Assembly (NCBI GenBank): GCA_963782115.1
Contig: CAWAIK010000001.1
Coordinates: 352,001-416,000 of the forward strand
DNA: 64,000 bases
Source of the DNA: an uncultured Verrucomicrobiae bacterium
GTDB lineage: Bacteria; Verrucomicrobiota; Verrucomicrobiia; Chthoniobacterales; JAFAMB01
Direction of reading: 5' to 3'
Shown here in pieces: positions 33,915 through 44,220 of this stretch (positions are counted from its first letter, which is position 1; each line of letters starts with the position of its first letter). Both the position numbers and the translations under genes were made by a program. The notes beneath the pieces are model-generated. The model worked only from the letters and a program-made list of their open reading frames with translations. It was not told the origin of the DNA and did no database searches.

Positions 33915-34380
33915 ATGAGCCGGCGCCGGTTTCTCTTTTTCGCTTTTCTTCTTGCGACGTGGCAACCGCTTGGCGCTGAGAAAATCGACAATCGCAACTT
34001 CGCAATCGACACCTATTATCCGACGCCGAACGAGATCCGGTTGGCCGATCAACGCGCCCGCAAATACTGGGAAAAGCATGCTGCAAAATTTGGATCGAAC
34101 CCGGTTTATCTCGCTGTTGAGACATCGAAAATATTCCCGAGCGAGGTCCAGGGTCTTTGGCCGAAACTGATTAACTCTGAGACGACTGCCAGTTTCTTTT
34201 CGCACGGACTTGATCAGCAGACTTACAGCAATCTTGACCTCCATGGGATTATGATCTTTGACATCCGTACCAGCCATTTCGTGAGCAATCGAGGATTTAT
34301 TTCGGTCGACACGCCGCCATTGGGGGCGTCTGGCGCGTTTTGACAATTACATCGCCAGGTACATCGGTTTTGCCAATTGG
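33915..34380 (+). CDS. Hypothetical secreted protein, likely frameshifted near its 3' end
   Basis: Signal-like N-terminus; an alternate frame continues ARFDNYIARYIG after ~34330. Confidence 0.55.
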
Positions 34381-34744
34381 GGTTGAACCGGCAAGTTTCG
34401 CTAGCGTGGCCCGACCCAACCTGTGCTTTCCGACTCCGGAACGTCGGCCATAGGATTTGAGCGTTGGGCGGGCTGGACGGTTGTCGGCACAAAGGTATGG
34501 ATGCCGTGGTCAAAGAAAAGAGCGCTTCGATATAGACCAACAAGGAACAGGACACCAGAGTCGCCTTTTTCAGGCTGCGCCAGGCAGATTCGACCCGCGT
34601 CAGGGGTGAAAATGCGTCAAATTTCCTCCGGCACCTCTGGTCGCACACTAAAAGCGACACCCTGGGACGAAAAATGTTCAAAAAATTTTGTATTTTGATC
34701 TAGACAAGTGCGCCGGATCTCCGCTAGACGTCGTGTTGTTCTTC

Positions 34745-36574
34745 ATGAAATACCTTAACCAAGAAAAAACACGAGAAATGGATTCCTCCTTTCAATGGCC
34801 AGGAATACGTGGCTTGAAATATACGTTAGTAGCTGGTTTGACGCTACTGACCACTGATGCGCTTTTTGCCCAAAGCGCCGGTCAAAGTGACGTGGATGCG
34901 CTCAAGACGCAGATGAACCAGATGCAGAGACAATACGAGCAGCGCATCGAGGCGATGGAAGCCAAGATGAAGGCGCTCGAGTCGAACGCCAACAGTGGTT
35001 CCATCCTGAATACCCGAGTCTTGACCGATGCGGATGGTAAAGAGATGCCAGGCAAGGCTCAGCCAATGCTGGACGAGTCCTTCCTGAAGTCGCTGACCCG
35101 CAATTTCACGTTTAATGTGTACGTCCGCGCCGGCTTCCAATTCAACGGCAACGGCGGCGGTGGCAATTTTAACTTTGAAATACCGGATAACGCTGGCGGC
35201 CGGTTCCGTCTCGGTAACGAAAACGACCTCTACATGGAATTGAGCTTCAACCAGGCTCACATTCTGGGGGACAGCCCCGACGTGGCGGACGTTTCGTTTA
35301 GGGTAACGCCAAACTTCTTCGACAACGTAACCCATGGGACAGGCCCCTCTACGCAAGATGCAAACGGGGACTTTGGCGTGGGCATGCGTGAAGCGTTCGT
35401 GGAGATGAAGAATGTCTTCAAGAGCGCTCCTGAAATTACCTTTTGGGGTGGTCAGCGCTTCTACGATCGGTATAACATTGACCCGAACGACTGGTTCTGG
35501 CTGGATACCTCCGGCTTCGGAGTCGGCGCTTACAATATCCACCTTGGCCCGGGCAATCTCTATATCGCCTGGTTGGGCTCCATTGCGGATAATCTCAATT
35601 TGAATAAGACTCCGGACCAGATCAACAGCGTCGGCAACCAGTTCAAGCACACGTTCGACATTCGATATAAGGACATCGACATTGGCTTTGGTAAATTGTC
35701 CTTGGTGGCAATTGGCAACTACTTCAAGGGTGCAGAAGTCACCCAGAACGGTGGAGTGACGTTCACAAACGCCTTTGGCGGTACGGACATTGCCATTGCC
35801 CGCAGTTCGGATGCATGGGGTGCCGGCGGTGGTGCTATCTGGCAGTATGACTTCGGCAACAAGAGCTATTTGCGACTCTGGGGTTTGGCCGGATGGGGTG
35901 CCACGGACTTCAATTCTGACATTAACGGGGGCCAGATAAATAACGCGTTTGAAAACAACGTCGACAATATTTTGCTTGGCCACACTGTCACGAACGTCCA
36001 CCAGACCGGTGTCAGTGCTACCGGTGTTCCCATCTTTTCAGGCAGCGTCAATCCCTTTCAGGAGGCCCATCTATATCGAGCGGGTTGGGAATTCGTTTGG
36101 AATCCGACCGACAGATTTGCGATGGATTTCTGGGGATATTGGGACCAGAGCAGTCAGGGCTACCAGCAGGTTGGCTTAAACGCAATTGGAGCGGTCAAAG
36201 TCGCGAATATGACGCGTAATTACTATGGAGTCGGCTTCCGGCCGGTCTTCTGGGTCGCTGACAACTTCGCCATCCAGGGTCAGGCGGGCTACAACTACGT
36301 CGATAACGTCCGCGGGTACTCCGGCACAAACGCCTTCGGCCGTAGTGGATCGTTTGGAATCTTTACCATTGCACCAACGATCAAGCCGGTGGGCGGATAC
36401 TTCACGAGGCCTGAGATTCGTATTTTCGCTACCTACTCAATCTGGAGCAGTTCTCTTAAAGGAACGACGACTCCGATTGGTGAAGGCACGAACGTGAGCG
36501 GTTCAACCGCACCGTACAACAGTGGCCAAAACCAAGGTTGGTTACTTGGCAGTCAGATGGAGATCTGGTTTTAG
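34745..36574 (+). CDS. lamB: Carbohydrate porin, LamB/maltoporin family, with N-terminal coiled coil
   Basis: FRLGNENDLY.E, W.G.RFYDR, TIAPTIKP..GYFTRPEIRIFATYS.W, C-terminal G.QMEIWF. Confidence 0.88.
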   Translation: MKYLNQEKTREMDSSFQWPGIRGLKYTLVAGLTLLTTDALFAQSAGQSDVDALKTQMNQMQRQYEQRIEAMEAKMKALESNANSGSILNTRVLTDADGKEMPGKAQPMLDESFLKSLTRNFTFNVYVRAGFQFNGNGGGGNFNFEIPDNAGGRFRLGNENDLYMELSFNQAHILGDSPDVADVSFRVTPNFFDNVTHGTGPSTQDANGDFGVGMREAFVEMKNVFKSAPEITFWGGQRFYDRYNIDPNDWFWLDTSGFGVGAYNIHLGPGNLYIAWLGSIADNLNLNKTPDQINSVGNQFKHTFDIRYKDIDIGFGKLSLVAIGNYFKGAEVTQNGGVTFTNAFGGTDIAIARSSDAWGAGGGAIWQYDFGNKSYLRLWGLAGWGATDFNSDINGGQINNAFENNVDNILLGHTVTNVHQTGVSATGVPIFSGSVNPFQEAHLYRAGWEFVWNPTDRFAMDFWGYWDQSSQGYQQVGLNAIGAVKVANMTRNYYGVGFRPVFWVADNFAIQGQAGYNYVDNVRGYSGTNAFGRSGSFGIFTIAPTIKPVGGYFTRPEIRIFATYSIWSSSLKGTTTPIGEGTNVSGSTAPYNSGQNQGWLLGSQMEIWF

Positions 36575-36603
36575 GTTGCCTTCTCCAGGGTAAGCTATTC
36601 ATT

Positions 36604-36642
36604 AATCTCCCCCCGCCGGCAGCGGCGGGGGGAGATTTTTTT
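36604..36642 (+). terminator. Rho-independent terminator after the LamB-like gene
   Basis: AATCTCCCCCCGCC/GGCGGGGGGAGATT stem followed by a T-run. Confidence 0.9.
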
Positions 36643-36659
36643 ATCAGCATCAGCTTATG

Positions 36660-37680
36660 CATTGCAGGTAGCTGACAACGATCTTGAGCTCCTCGGCATG
36701 GAAGTCTGCACGCAGGAACTCATACCAGAGTCGCTCGCGGTCAAAGCGAAGGGTGAGTTTTTGACCGGGGAATTGGCAATAGAGCTCGTGGGCGGCAAGG
36801 GTGTTGGCGTCCATGGCGAATAGCGATTTTGTTTAAGCAACCAGGGAACTGAACCACGGCAACCGGTCCGGAGCGGCTTGTAGATGAGCGGTGCTGATCA
36901 ATGAGTCACCGGAAAAAGCGGCGGCTTCGATCGCGCGTTGGGCCAGGTGATTGATGGCGCGAGGCAGTCCATCGGTGGCCTGGATAAGCAATTCGAGCGC
37001 TTGGTCCTCAAAGGGATTGGCATGGACGCCCACCGCGCGAAGCCGAGTGGCCACGTAGTCGCGAGACTGGGCCGGCTCGAGCCGAGCCAGTGCCAAGGCG
37101 AAGCCGAATCGTGAGAGTAGAGCCCGGTTGAGTGCGATGGATAAAGAGGGTTTTTCGCTCGTAATCGGCAGAGCCATAGGTTTTGGCATTCAGGTGTTTG
37201 TCGCAACGACGGGCCAATCTGGCGAAGGTGTCACGATGCCAGACCTCCACCACCGACCACGCGAAGGGTTCGTAACGCAGTTGCACCTGTCGTCCCCGCA
37301 GGTGCACGGGTACTTCCCAGAGTGTGGCCTGCAGCGAGATGGTGGCATCGAGCCGTACCCGGCGTGTGGCGCGCGCCAAAAAGAGCCGTTGCCAATCGGT
37401 GTCCTGCGGAAACTGACGCAACGGCTTTTTGGACGAAGCGCTCGGCCGGAGATCGGCCTCCAAGGCCACTGTGGCCCCGGCGATGATATTCCTTCTCTGG
37501 CCATTGCCAAAATCGAGCGTTGAGCGACTCCAGATCAGGCACCGGTTCCAGGCGCAAACGCTGCTCGAAATCGCCTTATACCGTTTGAGAGATTTTTTCG
37601 ATTTTCCCTTAGCTCCAAGCGGCATAAGGCCGGGCGTGGGCTAGTTTGATTTTGAGATTGGCGCAAATGACTTGCAGGTG
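36660..37680 (-). mobile_element. Remnant of a Mu-like DDE transposase, ExeA-type AAA ATPase and accessory gene
   Basis: RRVRLDATISL...WEVPVHLRG..V.LRY.P; LLSRF...RL..VG...F...A..L.Q.T.G.PR.IN.LA; MDANTLAAHELYCQ...LRFDRERLWYEFL. Confidence 0.75.
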
Positions 37681-37729
37681 GCTCTGGATGTGTAAGTATA
37701 TATACGCTCACATGAAGTCCGGATTAATC

Positions 37730-37912
37730 CTATGATCGAGCGAATTTTATCTCCCAAAGAGTTGCGCCAACTTCAGGAACGTTATCAAAGCTCCAATCCG
37801 AAATCGCCCAGTTAGGTTGGATCGCTCAAGGTAAAAACCGCCCCTAACTTAGTGCCGTTCGGGACTGTCCCCGAATGGCGCGAAGTTAAGCAGGTTTGGG
37901 ATGGTTTTTTGC
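37730..37912. mobile_element. Two IS4-type ends tail-to-tail around a 10-bp spacer, plus a truncated DUF6788-like gene
   Basis: TAACTTAGTGCCGTTCG-GGACTGTCCC-CGAATGGCGCGAAGTTAAG; 37730-37830 nearly identical to 45246-45350. Confidence 0.7.
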
Positions 37913-37985
37913 CTCGAAGAGGCGATAGATTTCAGAATGACACGAGCCGACAACAAACAGCACTCGCTGTAAATTGTCGGCTCTT

Positions 37986-38372
37986 ATGAAAGAAACAATA
38001 ACGAGTGACGGTATCAGTGGAGAAAGTCTAGTCAACTATGTCAATCAGGTTCTGAAATTGGGGCTTGATGTGCATTATCGGCAGGTCACAGTGGCGATGC
38101 AGGAGGATGGGGGCCGGATCAAAGCTGCCGGGAAAATGGGTCACGCGGATTTTCTGAACTGGGTCCGCAAGAAGCTGGAAGAAGGCTGGGAAATTTACAG
38201 CTGTTACGAAGCCGGAGCCAGCGGTTACTGGTTACATCGGAAGCTAGTGAAGCTGGGGGTCAAAAACTTGGTGGTAGTGCCCAAGGCCATGGGTCGAGGA
38301 GGCAAGAAGCAAAAGACCGATAAGCGCGATGCTGGGGAGTTGTGCGATTCACTGGATCGCAGGCCTGATTGA
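37986..38372 (+). pseudogene. IS110-family transposase, N-terminal DEDD domain only
   Basis: LGLDVH, CYEAG, KTDKRDA; truncated after LDR. Confidence 0.88.
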
Positions 38373-38443
38373 ACCGGCTCCCATTCTGGACGCGCGGTGC
38401 TTGCTCAAGCTTCACGATTTGGTTCAAACCGTAACAAAAAGGA

Positions 38444-38497
38444 TTGACGATGAATAAAAACAGGATATTATCAGACCAGTTATACAACTGGTCTGAT
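38444..38497 (+). promoter_or_regulatory. Sigma70-like promoter overlapped by a perfect 12-4-12 operator palindrome
   Basis: TTGACG-16 bp-TATTAT; ATCAGACCAGTT-ATAC-AACTGGTCTGAT overlaps the ATG at 38496. Confidence 0.75.
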
Positions 38498-38840
38498 GAT
38501 GAGCCCTTCCGATTCGCCTTCTGCCGAGCTGATCCAGCAACGTCAGGCTCTGGTCAGGCAGCTGCGACGGCTAGAACCCTTTATTCTGCGGGGTTCGTTG
38601 ATCGAACGCTTCAAACGCTGTGGCAAACCGGGATGCAAGTGTGCTCAGGGTCCCGGGCACGGGCCCAAAAACTATCTTTCGGTCAGTCAGCCCGGCGCTC
38701 GACCCCAAATGGATTACGTGCCGGTAGAGTACTCTCAACAGGTCTCCGAGTACCTCCAAAACTTTCAGCAAGTGCGTCAACTGCTGGAGCGGATTTGCAA
38801 CCTCAATCGCGAGTTATTACGGCGCCGAACAAAGTTCTGA
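38496..38840 (+). CDS. DUF6788-like protein
   Basis: LRGSL.ERF.RCGKPGCKC..G.GHGP. Confidence 0.8.
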   Translation: MMSPSDSPSAELIQQRQALVRQLRRLEPFILRGSLIERFKRCGKPGCKCAQGPGHGPKNYLSVSQPGARPQMDYVPVEYSQQVSEYLQNFQQVRQLLERICNLNRELLRRRTKF

Positions 38841-38971
38841 GCCTTAAGCAAACATGGAGCCTTCAGCATCCCTGCTCGATCTGGATATGGCCGGGATGCT
38901 CGTCGCTAACTTTCTGCAAAGCTGGTTGCAAGCCAACCTAGCACAACAATCTCAGCCTCAGCCGATCGCTC

Positions 38972-41048
38972 ATGATATCCAAGATCCAATCCCGCCATCA
39001 CCAGAAGATGGCTTATGTGTATCTGCGTCAATCGACCATGGGCCAGGTGCGCCATCACCAGGAGAGCACCGCCAGGCAATACGCCCTCCAGGACAGAGCC
39101 CTGAACCTGGGCTGGCAGAGCGACCGGATTCGGGTGCTGGATCAAGACTTAGGCTTGTCCGGCACCCAGAGCAACAACCGCGAAGATTTCAAGACGTTGG
39201 TGGCCGATGTCTCTCTGGGAAAAGTCGGCGCCGTCTTCGCATTGGAAGCCTCTCGCCTGTCGCGCTCCTGCAGCGACTGGCACCGGATGCTCGAGATTTG
39301 CGCTCTTACCGGCACTTTACTCCTGGACGAGGATGGTTGCTACGATCCGGCCGATTTCAACGATCAGCTTCTGCTCGGACTCAAAGGAACCATGTCCCAA
39401 GCCGAGCTGCATTTCATTCGCGCGCGCCTCCAGGGCGGCAAACGCAATAAAGCCCGGCGCGGAGAGTTGCGTTTTCCTTTACCAGTCGGCTACGTCTATG
39501 GAGAGGAGCCGGGGAGCGTGTTGATCGATCCCGACCAGGAGGTTCACAGTGCGGTCGAACTCATTTTCGAACTCTTCCGCCAAACCGGCAGCGCCTACGG
39601 CGATGGTTCGGCATTTCGCTCAACACCAACTCCGCTTCCCCAAGCGTTCCTATGGTGGAGTTTGGAATGGCAAACTGCTTTGGGGCAACTTAAAGCACGG
39701 CCGCGTGCTGGGAGTGCTCAATAATCCTTCCTACGCAGGGGCCTATGTTTTTGGCCGATTCAGGTCGAGCAAATCTCTTTCCAGCGAGGGCCAAATCCAA
39801 TCCCGGGTGCTCGAGCAGCCGATCGATTCCTGGAGCGTGCTGATCCAGGACCATCATCAGCCTTACATCAGTTGGCAGGAGTATTTGGAGAACCAACAGA
39901 TTTTGTTGCACAACCAAACCAACAAACCCGATCAGCTCTTGGCTAATATCGCACGCGAAGGTCGGGCCCTGCTCCAGGGCTTGCTGCTATGCGGTGGTTG
40001 TGGCCGCCGGCTTTCACCTCGTTACAAGGGCAACGGAGGAATTTATCCCGTCTACGAATGCACTGCTGGTTCTCAGGACACGATTCACCAGGAGGACTGC
40101 ATTCACATTCAGGCTAATCTGGTCGATCAAGCCGTGAGCCAACGCGTTCTGGAGGTGCTCCAGCCCGAACAATTCCAGATCGCTTTGCGAGCAGTCAACG
40201 AACTGCAAGAGCGCCGCGAGGCGATTGACGGACAATGGCGAATGCGCATTGAACGCCTCGATTATCAAGGGCAGTTAGCCCAGCGACGTTATGAACAGGT
40301 CGATCCCTCTCATCGTCTGGTGGCCGCCACATTAGAGCAACGTTGGAACCAAGCCCTCGAAGAAACGCAGCGGCTCAAGGACGATTACCAGAAGTATCGC
40401 CAGCAACAGGGACTGGAACTGAGCGCCAAGCAGCAAGCCGAGTTACTGGCCATGGCCGAGGATCTCCCGGGATTGTGGCAAGCTCAGACGACTTCAGCCA
40501 AAGATCGCAAGCGAATGCTGCGCTTATTAATCAAGGATTTGACCGTCCAAAAACTCCGGGCTGAACGAAAAGCAATCCTCCACATTCGGTGGCAGGGTAG
40601 CGCGATTGAGGATCTCATGATCGATCTTCCTGTGCCCATGCCGGTACGGATTCGCTATCCCGAATCGATCGTTACCCAAGTCCGAACCTTGGCCCTGACG
40701 ATGACCGACTTGCAGATCGCCGCGACACTCAATCAAGCGCAATTACGTAGCGCCAAAGGCAAGCCATTCACCGATAGCATGATCCATTGGATTCGTTATC
40801 GCTACGAAATCCCAGCGCCTGTTTTGAAGCGACCCGAAGAATTTACCGTCAAAGAACTGGCTCGGCACTTTCAGGTCGGCAGCGGGGTCGTCCACAACTG
40901 GATCCAAAGGGGACATATCCCAACCCGCAGGCTGACAAAGACTGCCCCATACTGGCTTACCATGAGTCCGCAAAAAGAATCAGAGTTAAAGGCTAGGATT
41001 ACCACCTCCAGCCGAATTGAAATGGAGCCGATCCAAAAAGGCCGTTGA
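38972..41048 (+). pseudogene. Large serine recombinase (resolvase, recombinase, Zn ribbon, coiled coil) with a 1-nt frameshift at ~39600
   Basis: YLRQST catalytic motif, D.DLG.SG...R..F, EASRLSR, L.NPSYAG, LLQGLL.CG.CGRR; two overlapping ORFs (250 and 499 aa). Confidence 0.9.
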
Positions 41049-41067
41049 ATGAGGTGCAATATGAAAC

Positions 41068-41325
41068 CACCGTCGGAATGCCGAGGGGTCGGAACTCAGT
41101 TTTGTCTCTATTCTTAGGAATATAGACCCTGCGCAGAGGCAGGGGCTCGTAAGAGCCATTTTTGAGTTGCCGCATCAGAGCATGGAGGTTATCCATGAGG
41201 TTGGCACTAAACATCTGGATGCTAACCTTATCGACCCCTGCGGTGCCTCGATTGCGCTTGACGGCCTTAAAGGCGTCACGCATGAGACCAATATCGATTC
41301 TGCCAATCAAGGAGTGAGCCTTCAC
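41068..41325 (-). pseudogene. Group II intron reverse transcriptase, N-terminal 86 codons, cut at LGIPTV
   Basis: AFKAVKRNRGTAGVD (RT0), Y.P.PLRRVYIPK...RPLGIPTV (RT1/2). Confidence 0.92.
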
Positions 41326-41888
41326 GGCTGAACCTTTCTAACCTGTCGATTCACTAACCGTCCCGCTGGCCGGTGCCCGGGGTTAAAGGGGTGTTGCTTA
41401 GCTTGCCTTGGGTTAAGGCGTGAAGAGGCACGCCCTGGGCCGACTGCGGCTTGAGCCAAGGAGCTAACTACCCCGAAACCGGGCTGACCAGCGGAACGAC
41501 CTTTCATTCCCTTGGCCCGAGGGTCAAGGCAACTACTTTGATCGAGCTGAGTTCCCCAAACAGCGGGCCGAAGGTGGCTCGTTCCGCTGAGCCTCGCGTG
41601 GCGACCGCTTTTAGGCACTGCCTTATAGCGGTCGGTTACGACAGCCGGAGGCTGTCGACGAGGAGGGAGTTCAATGGTAGATGAGAGAGGCCATTTTCTC
41701 CAGGTGGCAACGCGTAGCACCCGAAAAGCCTGGCGGGTTAACCGCATCAAGCCGCCAGGAACTGCAGGAAGGAACCTGCAGATGCGCTTCGCCGTCAGGG
41801 CGGGGACTCGCGCGTCGATCAGGCCGAAGCGCCACCCCCGGAGTAACGTTGGCCGGCCCCGTCGTTACGCCGCATTGCTGCTGCGCAC
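41326..41888 (-). ncRNA. 5' half (DI-DIV) of a group II intron
   Basis: Starts GTGCG at 41888; CGGGG..GCGAGTCCCCG; DIII-like AAAGTAG..TGAAAGG; long stem CGTTCCGCTGGTC/GGCCAGCGGGACG before the RT start. Confidence 0.7.
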
Positions 41889-42035
41889 TGGCTACGTCCG
41901 CTCTGGCACAGGCCCAGAACTTCTGCCAACGTTTTCCACACGGGCGCGGACCCGCATGGGTAGGAATTGACACATTCTTCCCTTGTCTCACCGTTTCTTA
42001 CTGCTGACTTAGTCTTTCTCATCTTGCATTTCACG

Positions 42036-42306
42036 CACCCCGAAGGGGTCAAGCGGACTAAGAAGCCCAGGGTTCAACCTGGTTTCAACCCGGGGTTTCA
42101 ACCTGGTTTCAACCCTGGGAACCCATCGTCCTCGGCGACGCGCCCTGCAGGGGCGCCAGATTCAGCGTGCCAAACAACAAAAAAATATAGCTAATGGAGT
42201 AATGGTAGATCTCTCGTCCCTTCAGGGCAAAACCTTTCATTGGGTGGTTCCCTGGGTTGAAACCGGGTTGAAACCCTGAGTTGAGTCCCACAGCCCCTTC
42301 GGGGCA
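42036..42306. repeat. REP/REPIN-like composite palindrome
   Basis: CCCCGAAGGGG ... CCCCTTCGGGG ends; tandem GGTTTCAACC units mirrored by GGTTGAAACC; GCCCTGCAGGGGC / CCCTTCAGGGC. Confidence 0.8.
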
Positions 42307-42447
42307 TTGACATCCCAAATCCTCCTTCCTTCAGACTCGACAAGCAAACAGACTTGAGCTCTTATAGGACCCATCCTGAAAAGCAAAAGAGCCAAGCGTG
42401 CGTCCCAGAGGTATTATGTTGCGGACATCTATCCTCTCCATAACCTT

Positions 42448-43281
42448 TTGTCCGCGGCTCATCACATGTCGGAGAGCTCCCTAAGGGTCGCGAGGTACAT
42501 TGTGGAAAACCCCCAGGATGTCGCGTCGATGTCGATTGGAGAGCTGGCGAAAGCAAGTGGATCCAGTAAGACTGCTGTCGTTCGAGTCAGTAAGCTAAGC
42601 GGTTATCAAGGATATCGTGGATTGCGAGCTGCGTTGATAGAGAATCGAGGCGTTTTGCGCGGCGCGCAGTTGATCGGCGCCACCTCGGAGTCCGGCTCGG
42701 AGGAGCCTGGCAACCTCGCGCATCTCGCGCGTGGAGTCGTAAAAATCAATATCGAAGTGCTGCAGGACACCCTTACTCTGTTAGATGAAGGGACGCTGCT
42801 CCGCGCGGCGGACACTATTTTGTGTGCGAAACATGTTTTCTTGGTTGGGTTCGGTACTTCAGCGCCCGTGGTTCAAGATGCTTATCAGCGCTTTTTAATG
42901 CTCCGGGTTCCTTCGTCTACTTGCTCGGACGCTCACGTTTTGGCCGAAATTGTCGGAAATATGGGACTGGACGATTTGCTCTTCTGCATCTCCTACAGCG
43001 GCGCCAGTAGCGACATTATCGAAGCGATGAAAACTGCCAAACAACGCAAGACGCGCACCATGACGCTGACCAGCGAGCCCAAATCGGCTGCGGCAGAGCT
43101 CTCAGACACGGTTCTGATTTCTGCAGTGGGGAGGACACCGCTAATCGCCGAGACCGTCGCCACGCGCGTTGCCCAATTCGTAGTCATCGACATCATTTGC
43201 GCAATCATCGCCCTGAGAAAAAAGAGGGAGTTCGATGAATCGACCGAAAGAATTACCACCGAACCTATTAGCAAGAGATGA
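42448..43281 (+). CDS. RpiR/MurR-family regulator (HTH + SIS)
   Basis: VARYIVENP...MSIGELA..SG.S..AVVR....G..GY, VGFGTS, ISYSG.S. Confidence 0.9.
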   Translation: MSAAHHMSESSLRVARYIVENPQDVASMSIGELAKASGSSKTAVVRVSKLSGYQGYRGLRAALIENRGVLRGAQLIGATSESGSEEPGNLAHLARGVVKINIEVLQDTLTLLDEGTLLRAADTILCAKHVFLVGFGTSAPVVQDAYQRFLMLRVPSSTCSDAHVLAEIVGNMGLDDLLFCISYSGASSDIIEAMKTAKQRKTRTMTLTSEPKSAAAELSDTVLISAVGRTPLIAETVATRVAQFVVIDIICAIIALRKKREFDESTERITTEPISKR

Positions 43282-43399
43282 ATATGAATTTCATAGGTGC
43301 AGTATTTTCTGGATGCAAAGAGAGTGAGAAGCCGAATCCGCGAGCGCTGCTGAGCATGTAACGGCAGTCGCGTCTAACAAATGCTTCCTTATTGTCCGG

Positions 43400-43868
43400 T
43401 CGGCGGATTTTTCATTGGCTACAGCCCTCTTTTTTCGCAGGGCCTTTTCGATGGTGCGGGGATGCAGAACAACGTCTAAGCGTCTTCGAACTTTTTGAGC
43501 CAGTACGGTGGCTTTAACCCCGGGTTCCGAGGCAACAAGCTCCTCCAGATACAAGCGGACTTTAGGCGTCAGTTTGCGGGCCTTTTTTGGACCACGTTTT
43601 TTGGGTAGAAGACCTCCGAATCCTTCTTGCCGAAGTTTTCCTGCGCCTCATAGATGGTGGGCCGCGAGAGCCCAAAATCCACGGATGCCTGGGCGATCGG
43701 ACGCCCATCGACCTCGACAGCCCGAATTGTCTCGTATTTGAGCTGAACCAGATCAAGGGGATCAAAGAAGCCATTTTCGGCGAACAAGGGATGGCGCACT
43801 TTTTGCCGATGGCGGTTGAGAGCGCCAGAGGAGCGCAACGCTTGAATTTTGCTGCAGTTCGGCGGCAT
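43400..43868 (-). pseudogene. HTH accessory gene of a second LSR-type element, frameshifted; recombinase missing
   Basis: GALN....V.HPLF....FFDP.DLVQ.KYE..R, FGLSRPT.Y, LLPKKRGP, HPRTIEKAL. Confidence 0.7.
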
Positions 43869-44220
43869 AATCGAATGAGTGTAAAGTCAATTAAACCGCG
43901 CGGTAAATCGCTTGATGCGACATGACAGCCAAAAATACCATCGAATCTAAGCATTTCAACCGCTGAATGGCTCATTTTGATTATAAATGCAGAAGCGAAA
44001 CATTCCGTATGGCGGGGTATTGTACTTTACAAAACCGGCTTAATTTTCCTTTTGGGAACCGCGCTTTGGAGATCCTCCTCAGTCTGAGCAATCCACGGAT
44101 CGCCAGATTTCGGCGGTTAGATTCAGCCAGCCATGCTGGGCCGGAGTGAGTTCAGCGATTGGATTGATCGGGCCACCATTCGATCCGGAGTCGTGACTAC
44201 AGCTTCGGGAAGCTCACGGA

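Larger units (their letters stand above)
38426..41068 (+). mobile_element. Large-serine-recombinase element (DUF6788-like gene, short ORF, LSR)
   Basis: Gene trio with its own promoter; right end GAGGTGCAATATG abuts the RT gene; AAACC present at 38426-38430 and 41064-41068; left boundary inferred. Confidence 0.75.

Noticed and set aside
41068..41325. Retron, DGR or defence RT
   Set aside because: The RT0 and RPLGIPTV motifs plus the upstream structured RNA fit a group II intron; no msr/msd or TR/VR pair seen.
41889..42035. Circularly permuted group II intron (DV/DVI upstream of DI)
   Set aside because: No DV-like hairpin with a catalytic triad was recognisable upstream of the GTGCG start.
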